In this document: positions 49,033-62,566 of the stretch, piece by piece
Numbering within the stretch: position 1 is the first letter of the stretch
Layout: the number at the start of each line of letters is the position of its first letter
Origin: Antedon mediterranea
Taxonomy: Eukaryota; Animalia; Echinodermata
Assembly (NCBI RefSeq): GCF_964355755.1
Contig: NC_092679.1
Span: 6,230,201-6,294,200, forward strand
Length of the DNA stretch: 64,000 nucleotides
Direction: 5' to 3'
Notes under the pieces: model-generated
Seen by the model: the letters and a program-made list of their open reading frames with translations, nothing else
The model's database searches: none
What the model was told of the DNA's origin: nothing
Position numbers and translations under genes: made by a program

Positions 49033-52000
49033 TGTTTCTTCGTCGCCTCTGATGCCATCACGTTGATACTATCCAAAAAAGATACAATGGTCATCAAAAT
49101 GCAATTATGGAAGGTGATCTATTAGATGATCATGATCCATGTACTTGACTCTTGTTTGGCCAAACGACTCCCTTGTGATTTACTACGATGAACTTTACTT
49201 TCAGCCTGTATAGATATAGAAGATACGTATTAAATACTGCGAGAGTTTAGATATATAAATAACAATATAATAATGTTAAGTATATTGCCTATTGATGAGA
49301 GTTGGTTATTTGTTCAGGATAATATTTAATCGTCTGGACGTGATAAACTCTGCACACACAGAAAGCAACAAACAATGCTAGGCCTACGTTACATGACAGG
49401 TAGTAACTGTTTTCAGTCAACGTTATAATTTAGATCAAATTGAAAAGGAAATAAGTAGGCCTAGCTTTAATCTGATATAAAAAAAAAACTACTTATACAC
49501 TCGTTTTTTGATATTCAACAGGAAATTAAATAGCTTTATAGGATGAAAATTCAATCCAGGTTCAATTTATCATTTCATATGTGGTGTTTAATTGTTATGG
49601 CCATAAAAAAATTCATAATACGGCAAAGGCTATATCACGATAGTAATCCTGTCTCACAGAGTCTGGATTGAACCACGACTCTATGAGTAGCAGGCAAGTA
49701 TATGCAATCGTGTCACTCCATTTGTGAAGATATCTTTAGCTTTGCCTAAGTAGTACTGTATTGTCAAATGTTTAAATGTTTGGCGAGGAAGCACGCGTGC
49801 GCGTGATCTGACAATAAAACCCCAATGAAAATCGTTATATCACACAGATTATAATACTTTTCAGTTATGTTTAGGCCTATATAAATCGGCTTTTATAAGA
49901 TAATTATATTAGGTCCTCTAAATGTACGAACACCTACCTTCAAACTTAATTATCCACGCGGCAGACATGCAGACGTGAGCTGAGTTCGATCGAAATTGAA
50001 TTCCGCCTGAAATAAATACTTGAATTTCAATCAACAAATCGAATGACTACCTTCTCGTTATTAATAAGTAAACAATGATTATTTGCTTGGTGCTATATCT
50101 GGATAAGGGTTAGGCCTAAAGTGACAACTTCATCAGCGATAGCGTGCTTGAATCCCATCTTAAGACGACTTGAATCGTCTGTCAACCGTGTACGCTAACA
50201 AAAAAGGTAACAGCTTACGGCACGTAGCTTTTGTATGCTATAATCGCCTATTACCACCTTCAACTCTAAAATCAATTGATAAGAAAGCTTATAAAAATAA
50301 TTGGGATGAAAAGAACACATTGCTTAAAGACTCTATAGAAAGAATGGTACGGTTATTAGATACGTGTAATGAACCGTTAGGCTTTGTTAAAGTTTGTCTG
50401 AAGAATTGTTGGACAGGTGCTGAACGATAAACTATCATAAGAATAATATTAATATACTCATACTGTAAAGCTCCATTCTAAAACTGTTTGTGCCCAAAAC
50501 GCTTTCGATAAAGTGACAGTTCGCACACGTGTACATTAAACAACCAAACAGATATAATACGAGTAAAGAGGTATCGATATCGTTAATATTAGATTCCCAA
50601 ACCCACACCTTCCCATTTCCCTCGCCGTTATCCCATGACTCCCCAATAAGTAGGCCCTCAGGGTCCGCCGTTCTGATAGCTCTTGTAATCGCCACTCTTC
50701 TCTAAAATATAATTAATAGAAGGTCATTCGAGTGCTTTGATTGAACATTAATCGGACAACGTAAATTCCTTGTTTATGTTACCATAACTACCGTTCCAAC
50801 ACTAACATACCAAACTTGAAAACGCGTCATCACATCGGATCGAATAACGCAAGATGCGTCACAGGACAGCCAAAGACACCGCCGTTAAAAATTAATAAAT
50901 TAACGCCTTATAAAACCTGACTTAGGCCCAGGCCCAGCTAATAATGTTGACATTTTAATGTGTGAAAAGAGCACTCTCAGAAATTTGCATCAAGGTTATG
51001 CGGCATGTACAGCGTACATTCTGAAGAGGAGTGAAATTCCCTCCTCCACCCCATCGTATATCTACGTCACATAGTTTGTTCGTTATGATGAAAGACAGAA
51101 GTTTACCATATCACACATTGCAGAAATGTCATATTTGTTGTGAGCTAAACGTAGAAATGAAAATATACCCATATTTCTTGTTGAATATGACATGCATGTT
51201 CTTCTTCAAACACAAAATGATACAAGCTATCTCATTATTTTGTCTATACAAGTTCAGTTACTAAACAATTCATCTCGTGTGTATCTAAACAACCCTCTTC
51301 AGTCTAAAAGAAAATAAAGTAAATCCTAGGCCTAAATCAATCGGGACACGAGTTTCTATCTTATTTGTTCCTTACCTTGTTAGCTGCTTCTTGATGACGA
51401 CGGTTCCACTGCAACTTCTTTCATTAGTGGCCTTACTAACTAATGACGAGATGAAATACAAGATCGTTAGAGTAACATTGAACTTGATTGTTTTAGTTGT
51501 GTAAACTGAACCACGAGCCATCGTCACTGTTGAGGCTTGCACCAGTCTTTGTTGTGGTATTGCGGTCAGCTCACATTCCAAATAAACCTGCTCGGAAATT
51601 ATTACAATATAATAGCTTTTTTTTAAAATAAAAAAGAACAAAAAATAAATTATGAGAACAAAATATGCCTATGTTAGCCTATGTTAGAAATAGATTTTTA
51701 AAATTTTTTATTTTAACGACACCCAACAGCAAAAAAATCGCCATTAAAAATACTTAGATAGCAATATAGGCCTATGTATATAGGCTATATACATAAAAAC
51801 ACAGAAAAATACATACAAAAAATGGCAAAATTAAATAGATTTAGGAATTTAGATCTAAAAATTGACAAACTATTGTCAAAAAATATTGATAGTCAATAGA
51901 AATTGAATTGACAATAGTCCTATATTAGAGATACGTCATACCCATACAGACTTCGACATTTTATTTTAGCGCAGAAGAAAAGTTAGAGTCTCGTCCAGTC

Positions 52001-52987
52001 CATAGCCAATGTCAAGACATTGTTATCAGTAAACGATGATTTTACGTAAAATTCAACCATAAGCCATTATTTTTGTAGCAAATATCTCACCTAAAATATC
52101 ACCTTTCTTTTCGATTTTATTTTTCGTACATAAGTTGGGGACCCCTTATGTCAAGGATAGCCAAACTACTTAGTCCTAAATATAACTAAACCTAACCCTC
52201 TAAATAACTCTCTCTCACCATAAAGTAAAAAGAAGTTGCTCATGGGATTCGAACTCAATACATCGACATGAACTTATGTACGAAAAGAAATATCGCGGGC
52301 GGGGGAATTCAGTGCTGTTTCTAGATTTTCCAATGTCATGCACTTTATTCCGTAATAAAGTTATTCCATTTACGGAGATGATACTTTCACTGCTTACTAT
52401 AATTACTAGTATTATTACAGCCTATGTTTACGATGTTAATTTATTGATGGTATAGTTGATTGCACAGCATATGTTTATTATTCATAAGGCCTGTATTTAT
52501 ATTTTAAATTAAGAAATGAAGAGGAGCATGGTTGAAATGAAACTTTATTGAATATTCTTTGTTATTGTTAATCAAACAGAAAAATAAATAAAGCATTTGG
52601 TTGGACACAAGCAACATGGCTTTGTCAGTATACAGAGTAAATGCAATCCCAAAGCACAATGTTAATCCACGGAGAAAGTATTTCGAAATTGTTAATGCGA
52701 TAATTAGTAAATAACAAATTGTAAAATCAAGTGGTGAACTAATATAAGGAGAATGGGAGGGGCGGGGGGAGTCTGATATTGAATCTACCTACGAGTAATT
52801 TCAATTCTGCAGCATTTTATAGTTATGTACATTAGTAACTTAGTACATTAGTTCACTTAGGTTGACCCTGGTCTCCCCAATTTCAGTTTTTTTTGTTATG
52901 TATATACTCAAATAGACCAAATAAATAATGAAATGAAATGAACTGACGGCGATTCTACTTAATATTGGTAAAAAGATAAACAGTTTG

Positions 52988-53253
52988 GCACACATGGCGT
53001 TTCATACGTATAAATAATACTTCCAGCAGCTATGCGAATATTAAAAACAGGAACATTCAATTATCTTCGTTCTTTTCAAATTCATACTAAAGTTAAAACT
53101 GTTTAAATCATTAAAAGCTTTCTGCACACATGGCGTTTCATACGTATAAATAATTCTTCCAGCAGCTAGGCGAATAATAAAACCTAGAAAATTCAATTTA
53201 TCTTCTTTCTTGTCATACTAAAGTTAAAACTGTTTAAATCATTAAAATCTTTC
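52988..53253. repeat. ~135-bp tandem duplication downstream of the GALNT copy B stop
   Basis: GCACACATGGCGTTTCATACGTATAAATAAT...CATACTAAAGTTAAAACTGTTTAAATCATTAAAA occurs twice. Confidence 0.85.
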
Positions 53254-53535
53254 AATTTATAGCCAACCAACAGATAAAACAAGACCCCTGCGGAACCAAA
53301 GGTTAAAACGGCGGTATGCATTGAGCATCATGTTAGCAATGCTCAATTTTCGACAACAACATGCATTTTACTTTCAGATCTTGAATTTATGCCGGCAAAC
53401 GAACGTTTTGAGCTTTGATTTTAATAAAATTCACTACTCTTTTCCGCAACGGACATCATTAAAATGTTGTGCAACAAGAAACGCAAGTTAATAACGGCGT
53501 CACGTGAGTTTAAGAGTAATTAAAATTTATAATTT

Positions 53536-56500
53536 TCAAGAATTCTTTGGTGATAATATTTGAAAAGCTTGGGTTTTTTTATGACTATCACAAGGTGCAA
53601 CAAATATAGAACTCTTGGTGATACTATGGTCCAGGCACAAATCATGGTTTGGAGCAGATATCCTCTGACTCGCCTATAAGAAAAAAACAAAAAATAATCA
53701 TAAACTGTGGGAGGTGGACGCACTTTTTGATTAGAGCCACACTCGTAACACAACGGAGTTTTGTCTTAAATATTTTTGCACATATAGTTTGGAACGACGA
53801 CGTGTGGAATGACATAAACACTTAGAGCAAGTCTAAACGGAGGTCTATAGCCTTTAAGCCAGAAAAATAGATCAATATTATTATAAAGGATTTCTTTTCA
53901 TTTATTTGTTAGAAACGTCTGGGGCATCTAAAGAGGATACATTCCCTCCTCTGCAATGACGTTAGATGATCACTAGCATTGGCGTATTATGTGACATTAA
54001 AATGGCATATTCAACAAAAAAAGTTTTAAGAATTTTTTCAGGGGGACAGTACATCTTTAAATAAAATAAACTTACTGAATCGTATTTCCACGTCACAACG
54101 TATTTCCCTTTTGCACCTTTACACTTTATGGCTCGTATTTGTTTATAATTATCATAATATATACAAACATCATTAAACATTAGCGCTCCGTTTTCGGTAA
54201 TTCTAAACAATTGATTTCCGCCCATGCCATGACAATGACCAATAGCAAACTGACCACCAGTATCTTGGTGACCCATTGTGTCCAAACATTTATCATCAAG
54301 TACCGCTCTAACCTGAAATAACAACCATAAATATTTTTAGAATGTATCTTATTATTGTGCTATTTATGACGAGTATTTAATGTTGCGTATATTTTGGCCA
54401 AATTGGCTGCCCATACATAGATCAAGCAGAAAAATCAAACAATGTGTGTTGTTCTTACCTCACCCCAGGCAACGTTCCGCGGTGGCGGCGGAAATCGCTC
54501 CATAACGTCATACGCTATTTCCTCCATGAACCATTTAAAACTATGTGGACAATTTTCTTTGCGATATTTAACTTGAGCGCTTATATTTCCGTGTGGCTTA
54601 CCAATCAATTCAGGTCTAATTGAGTAGAAATAGTCTTTATATTCATCTAACCATACCTCAGCCACTCTCATATAATTCTGAAAAAAAATATTATTATAAG
54701 AAGTAGCTAACTGTGAAGTAACTTTGTAATGTTTTGCCCTCTATGACGTCACTACACTCACGGTACATTTTGCGAAGGTATGAACGCCAGGCCAGTGATC
54801 TGAGGTCGTGGGATCGAGTTCCACAAAGGCAATTATTTGCGTGTTATAAATATAAAAGGCACAATTTACGTCAGAGTAGAGGCCTAACCAAAGAAATACC
54901 AGACTAGGTATACTCAGAATATACTCAGTATATCAAAATGTCACAAGTTATTATACTACTATATATTAGAGTTTAGAAAAAGAACGCTGGGAGGAGGACT
55001 AAGGAGGTCGATTAGTGGTATTGTTGATTATTATGATAATAATAATTATGACAATAATGATAACGATCTAGAAGATGCTATGTTGAAGAACTATTATGCT
55101 AATGATAATGGCGATGATGTTAAAACGCTGATGGTTATAATTATTAATGATGATTGCAACTCACGTGATGGACTACCGAGACACCTGTACCAAGGTCTTT
55201 GTACTCGTATGGAACACCTTTTCGGTAAACGTGACCAACACGAGAACATGGTAAAAACAACAAGGTTCCCCCACACATCCATATCTAAAAGAAAAATAAA
55301 ACAATCAGGGAACTAGCTTGAACTAAAATAAGTCACACGCAATTTAACTCGCGCGTTTAAACAATGATGATTGGATGGTTTGAAATGTGTCTTTTGTGCC
55401 TCCTGAACCATAGTATTTAGGCAATAATAAGAGAAATCAACTCTCTCAATACCGGACCGGACTGGGCTATATGTCTGGTTTCCAGATATTTCGAATGTAT
55501 GTCAATGGTAAAAATGTGGGACCTTTGGACCTCAAGAAAAGTCACTGATGTTTTCAGAAAATCCGTTAGGGTTATTGAGATAGTTTACTGTACTGAACTT
55601 ATCAAAGAGAAAAGCAGCGCCGTCTATAGAAAATAGTCTGTACTTCTGCAGAAATGACAGCGTGTTGGCCTGCCATACTTGACGCAGCAATAATGATACA
55701 CTGCCTACCTTGAACGATAGTTCGAAGTTCTCAGCTCCCCAGATTTCTAAGCCAGGATCATAAGTACCAATTTCGAAAAAGTACGATCGATCTATTGCAA
55801 ACAGTCCACCGGCCATTACGGGTGAGCTAAGAAGGCAAAGAAATAAAATGCACCTACTTCAGTTACTAATATGTCATTAAAAAATGAAGCACACATAATG
55901 TAATTAGAGGACCATGATAGTAAAGGTGATGTTAAAAGGTGATATAATCATTCCAACATAATTCACACTTATGAGGACGATCAAAGCATATTGATCGAAA
56001 CGTCGAGAACTAATATACGTCGGTGTACCGCAAACTTTATATCAACATTCCAACAAAAGTTCGATAAAACATCTGGTTGGACTACAACCTGTGCCCTTTT
56101 GCAAATTAGTCGAGCGCTTCAACCATTAAACCACAAAGACCTTTAATTATGACACTTACTAGTATGGTTGTGATTTATATTTTCTGCGTGTATTTTCTTT
56201 GCTATACTCAACCGGGATACGTTTGTACCAAAACTCCCAGTCGAACGCTCCTCTACAAAGCCCGTCCCCTTGGGGGCCATATACAAATGTATCTGCGTCA
56301 ACGGAATCCACTGTTGGGCAGACGACAGTTGTCCTGAAAAATCACATAAATAATTTTTATTGTACAATTAGTGACTGGAGTCAGATATAATAGAATTAAG
56401 TAACTCTTTTTGAATGAATAGATAGAGGACATTACCTAGCAGTATTACATCATAATTATCGTAAATTTGTTTTTTGTCTTTTTCTTCTTGGTTTTCATAT

Positions 56501-59500
56501 ATATTAGGAAAAAACGAACGCCAAAAAATGTAAATACAGTTTGTTTGATTATTATATCAATCAATACATTTAGAATAGGCTAGGCTTTATCAAACGTTTC
56601 GCTAGGCCCTTAAGCCTAAGGTTTTCTGTCACTACTAGTCCCCATGAGATTCTTGTCAAGAGTGTCAAATGTTCGTTAATCTACTCCCTTCCGTTGGACA
56701 CTCAGGCTGCGCCTAAGAATGACTACTTAATATCATTAAATAATAAATATCATTGAATACAACGCTTTTAGGTTCGCATAACATACCGCTCACATAGTTC
56801 CAGACACGCCATATCCGTACTCTTTAAATATGTACTAAAGGCAAACATTATCACAACTATAGACCCTTTTATTATGCATCGGTCGCTTCTATCTAATGGT
56901 TATGCTGCTAATTAACACGGTATTTGACACGCGCGTAAAAATGTTGATGAAAAAAGCACAGTTTTCGTACGCACGCGTTACTTTACGACCTCATCATCAT
57001 TCGTGTAGAACATTTTGTTGCAATGCGACAATACATATTACCTGTTAAGTGCAACTTCTGCTAGCAGGGGAGGAAGCCAGTTTTTCCCGCATTCGCAGTG
57101 TGCATCTAGAAATACGACAACTTCCGCATCTGAATTTTGAGCGCCAATAATTCGTCCTCTTATTAGCCCCTCACGTTCTGTTGTGCGTACCAGTTTTATC
57201 TTGTTTTCAAACCGAGGTAGTTTAATATATTCTTCTAACTTTGCTTTCAAATGATCTGTAAAAAAAAAATGGATAATAGGTTGGAATGGAAATGTAAGAA
57301 TAAGAAAGACTATTAACAGGTCAACATGGAAATGGAATATATCTTGCTACTTTCATGTTTTATTCTTAGTATGATTGAGAGATTGATTGTAAAGTTAGTC
57401 AAGGCGTTTATCATGGTTTCAACGGAGGTTTTAAGCATGTTCCATTAGTGAACATATTCAAGGGGCTCTGATACAACCCCCAGGGGCCTGACACATAGTC
57501 GAATTTAAATTATGATAATGTCTAGACGAAGGGTGGGTGTATGACGTCATAAACAGTCTTAATATATAATAATCTGTCTTGCTACTACTGCCATCTCCAT
57601 TGGCCTAATCAATATCAAGAGTAAAAGCATTTTAATTTTAATCTCTCGTCATCATATCGATCGTCGTCGTCATCAGTGCAACCCGACCTGGTACTCTCCC
57701 TGGCAACAACTGCTGGTGTATCATTATTTACCATCACCGCTATTCTATCAATGTCACAATGGTCATCGTTGTTATTGTCACGCTGTCATTTTATCATCAT
57801 CATAATCATCAAAATCATCACCACCATTATCATCATCATCAACATCACCGCCACCATCATCATAATCATCACCATGACCATCATCTTTACTTGACCATCA
57901 TCTTCACTTGACCATCATCTTCACTTGACCATCATCTGTATTTTACCTTTCGTACTAAAATCGTCCACCATAACGACTTGCTGTAGTAAGTGGGCTGGGG
58001 AGGCATTAAAAATGCTATGTATTGTGCGCATGAGGGTTGACCAACCCTCATTGTGAAAGACTACCGCAACACTTGCTCTGGGAAGGTTCTCTGGATAATG
58101 CCAATATTGACACCTGCGGATCAGAAGAAGAATAACCAAAGCCTAAATCATAAGTAATTCAATATAACATCCACACTTTCATCTCCCGATGTAGGTCTTA
58201 ACTTAATTGTTCTTTGATTGAATTATGGGTAATGGGTAGGCCTATATCTCTTAGTCGCTGTTACAGCTGGTTCAAAAAATTGGACTCAACGCAAGTACGG
58301 CACAACGTAAAGCTTGGTTCCCACTAGAGACGGGAGCAACATAAGGACGTAACGCAACATAAGTGATTTGACCAATGACAAGCGATGAACTGGCGATCGC
58401 TTATCATTGGTCAACTATTGCGTTGCGTTTATGTCCTTGCGTTGCGTATACGTCCTTGCGTTGCGTCTCAAGCTTTAGTAATTTGACCAATCGCAATGAA
58501 TCCGAACTGTTGCGTTGCGCTTACGTTCAAATGTTTTTATCAATTAATAGTTATTACTTATTAAAAGGGTAAAACTAAACGGGAATAGTTTAAATTAGTT
58601 AAATTGAGCTCTGATAAAATTTACACAGACGAGCGGTAACGGTAATACGAATATAAAATCTATGTTTTATGACATTTACATAAAGCGTTGAGGATAGATA
58701 GGCCCCATGTGATAAGATACGCGGTTTTCCGCTTACCGCTCGTCTTGGTGAATTGGCCTTAGGCCTAAAACTTATAAAGTATGATTACGCAGCGAATTCT
58801 TCATAATTGTTGTAGAAAAAGTTACGAGTATATATCATCCCAACGAGACAATATTATTCTACAAGTTGTGTATAAGACGAATGAATTATATCAACGGTTT
58901 TATGAGTGTCTATAACCGACATAAAAAAATAATCTCTTCGATATTTTACATTATTAATATTTAGCGATGAAAGATGATTAAATATTTTACGCGAAAGATA
59001 ATAAAAACCGGATTATGTTATTGAACACAGACATAAGTATGTTTATGTCATGTAAGATAGTCAATACTCAGGAGATTATGACGAAGCAGTGACATGACGA
59101 TGTGTGCCTTCAAAAGATGACTGAGATGGGAATTTACGATTTATACCACGGGGTAATATTCCAATCGTCTGTTACCGTCAGGCGTTAAACTGATCTCTCT
59201 TCTGAATTTGTCGCTTATAACACCGCCTGAACGGGCTTACGGTACGGACGAGTGTATGTATCCTCAGGGTGGTTGTAGGCCTACATTTGGAATCTACCAA
59301 GGGTTATTTAAAATGAACTGGACTAGATGGCTTGTGGGTAGGGCATTTTAACCAATTGGAGGAGAGGGTAACTCTTCTGGGACAATGTATCCTCAGGGCC
59401 GGTGGTGGTATATTTGGAATCGACTGAGCGTTAGACTATTGAATATGAACTGGACTAGATGGCTAGTCATCTGAATGCAGAGCACTCCACTGGGTATAGA

Positions 59501-62500
59501 GATTTTTAACCAATTTATTGGAGGAGAGGGTAAATCTTCTGGAACAATACAAGAAAACACGAGATTAATAATGATATGTATTCTGATATTTGAAAAAGCC
59601 CAATTGGGATTTGAATCGTCTGCTTGTACAGGCAATGAATTTGATCGTCTGTCGTTGACTAGCAAACATCATTATGATGACTGCACTACGATAAATCTAA
59701 TTATGAAGTGAGTCGAACATTAATATTCCACTCATTTCCTCGACATTTTTGTGAACCTACAATTTCTGAGATTATTTATGCAGTCAATTATGTTTTCATA
59801 TAGGCAGACTTTATCTTGTTGTATTTGTGCCAACAACAAGGACAGACAATAGAAATAAAATATATAGTACTGTATTAAAACCTGTTGCACATTCTATCTC
59901 ACATATTTACGACGTAATTTTGAAATATCGTAAAAACTTGACAGCTTGCCGTTGCCATTTTACAACCGTCGTCGCGTCTATATTGAACATGTTGAATCAG
60001 AAGTAAAATAATTATGAGCCAAATATTCAATAACCAGTCGGATGTGGGTTTGTTGGGTGTTAATATTAATGGAAGGATAGCGGTAATGGTTAATGCCAGA
60101 CAAACAGTTGTCATGTCATTTCACTAGTATTAATGTACAATTAGGTCATGTGATATTTTTCCCTTACCGACATTCCGGACAAAAGCTTAATTCCCACTAG
60201 AGAGACACACACACAACGCAAGGACGAAGCGCAACGTAAGTTAGTTGATCAATTTGCAAAGCGCATTATTCGAACTATAAAGTAGTGGCGCTGTATCTCG
60301 GCGCCTAACGTGCTTTCCTTCAATCCGAATGTCCTTCAATCCGAATGTCCAGGGTTCACAGTGAGCTACTGTCAGTGCTGTAACCCAAGACTCGATCTAA
60401 AGCCTTTAGTCTAAAGTTTTGTTTTAAGCAGGATAATTTATAGTTTATCCATCCTGTAGTTGACGAGTTTCTAGCAGTTAAATGCGTATGAAATAACAAT
60501 AAAGAAAATATATAAATCCAAAAAAAAGCCTACTCGACTCTTGTATCACGTGTGTGGTCTCGTGTTATATTCGTGCGATACGCGAGGACTTATCAATTAA
60601 TTCAGTGACAGTATGCCTATCACGTTACGTGATTTTGCGGCAACAACTCTGTGAACTACTTATTACGCTCTTTCTACACTATATCAAACTTGATGAAAAA
60701 AAAGTGATGTGCCCATATAGACATGATGATATCATATCACTACAATATTTGGCCATATCTGAGCTTTTTTGTCACTCAAGTTGACAGAGATTTACTTACT
60801 CAGAATCTCGAATATCTGGAATGGTTCGATCCAACGATATTCGATCACTTATCACCATGTTAAATCCGTAGTTTTTAAATGCTTTTTTGTATTCATTTTC
60901 TTCTTTTGGGTTCAACTTTACAGCGACGCCGTATTCGCCGAGTCCGTGTCTTAAAGGCGCTTCCTTTGGCTCGTAATTCCCTAAGACGCCATCTTGAAAT
61001 ACTATTGGTGAAACATGTCTAACTGGCGCTCCTTTTGGTTGCTTGATTGATTGTAAATGTGAATGTGATGCTTCATCTTTTAACTGAAATGAAGAAAAAT
61101 ATACAATTTTTTTAGTTATCAAAAATCTCATTCGGGTTCCTAACCGAAAAGAGTCTATGATTCACCACCAAAGGAACATTCAGCAGCTGGATTTGATTTA
61201 AAATGAATATATTATCTAATATTATAAACCTTTGTATTCCAAATATCTTATTTTAATATGATAATACAATACTGTGTAGAATATCTTTATTGTAAAATCG
61301 AACTCACCGTAAAAACTAAATTACATTGATTTTAATATATAGCCTATATATATAGGCCTATATACGACATATTTAATATTTGCAGTCAGTCTGTGAACCA
61401 GCTGATGGTTCAATCACAACAATGGTCAATCAAATTACGTTTATTGGATATAGTGTCAATTTTAAAGAATATTTTGACTTTTTAAAGGCGTTAATTGAGG
61501 GTTCCCAGCAGTTCCTAACCGAAAAGAGTCTATGATTCACCACCAAAGGAACATTCAGCAGCTGGATTTGATTTAAAATGAATATATTATCTAATATTAT
61601 AAACCTTTGTATTCCAAATATCTTATTTTAATATGATAATACAATACTGTGTAGAATATCTTTATTGTAAAATCGAACTCACCGTAAAAACTAAATTACA
61701 TTGATTTTAATATATAGCCTATATATATAGGCCTATATACGACATATTTAATATTTGCAGTCAGTCTGTGAACCAGCTGATGGTTCAATCACAACAATGG
61801 TCAATCAAATTACGTTTATTGGATATAGTGTCAATTTTAAAGAATATTTTGACTTTTTAAAGGCGTTAATTGAGGGTTCCCAGCAGTTCCTAACCGAAAA
61901 GAGTCTATGATTCACCACCAAAGGAACATTCAGCAGCTGGATTTGATTTAAAATGAATATATTATCTAATATTATAAACCTTTGTATTCCAAATATCTTA
62001 TTTTAATATGATAATACAATACTGTGTAGAATATCTTTATTGTAAAATCGAACTCACCGTAAAAACTAAATTACATTGATTTTAATATATAGCCTATATA
62101 TATAGGCCTATATACGACATATTTAATATTTGCAGTCAGTCTGTGAACCAGCTGATGGTTCAATCACAACAATGGTCAATCAAATTACGTTTATTGGATA
62201 TAGTGTCAATTTTAAAGAATATTTTGACTTTTTAAAGGCGTTAATTGAGGGTTCCCAGCAGTTTAACCTCGGTATTAACAAATAAGTAGGCCTAATTTGC
62301 AGTTTTAGTGCTCTAACTTCCTCAGGATGTTATTACATCAGTTCACTTACCTGTGATAACGACGCAATAGGTGCTTCATTTCTCTTGATCTCATCCACAA
62401 CAAACGAATTGAATGATGGCCCTAGGCGATGCGCCGAAAGTAGTCCCAGGGAAAACATAAACGAGCCCGACGCTACCAACAGAATAAGGATGAAAGCGTA

Positions 62501-62566
62501 TCGTAGAAAACTCCGTTTGTTGCCGTGACTCCCCATGATCACAAATGGTTTTACATAGAGTTTCAT
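53536..62566 (-). CDS. GALNT7: Polypeptide N-acetylgalactosaminyltransferase 7-like, copy B (10 coding exons)
   Basis: Exons 62566 (or ATG at 62536)-62351, 61083-60800, 58113-57947, 57255-57042, 56333-56160, 55826-55709, 55284-55165, 54677-54459, 54312-54076, 53673-53536. Motifs [69 protein letters not shown] and ricin lectin. The family call is firm; exact orthology (GALNT7 versus GALNT10 clade) is not tested. Confidence 0.92.
57790..57937. repeat. (CAT/CAC)n microsatellite and 17-bp repeats; similar low-complexity tracts at 47445-47532 and 55030-55155
   Basis: Directly visible trinucleotide-derived tracts in GALNT introns. Confidence 0.85.
58309..58520. mobile_element. Harbinger-like MITE family B (AAGCTTGGTTCCCACTAG...ACGCAACG / TTGACCAATCACA)
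   Basis: Internal inverted ACGCAAC..TTGACCAAT / ATTGGTCAA..TTGCGTTGCGT; related copies at ~48660-48790 and ~60183-60260. Confidence 0.6.
61136..62263. repeat. 375-bp unit triplicated in tandem, apparently identical copies
   Basis: TAACCGAAAAGAGTCTATG starts at 61141, 61516 and 61891, in the first coding intron of GALNT copy B. Confidence 0.97.

Noticed and set aside
50170-50430. 86-aa + strand ORF
   Set aside because: TTG start, no recognisable domain and no splice support.
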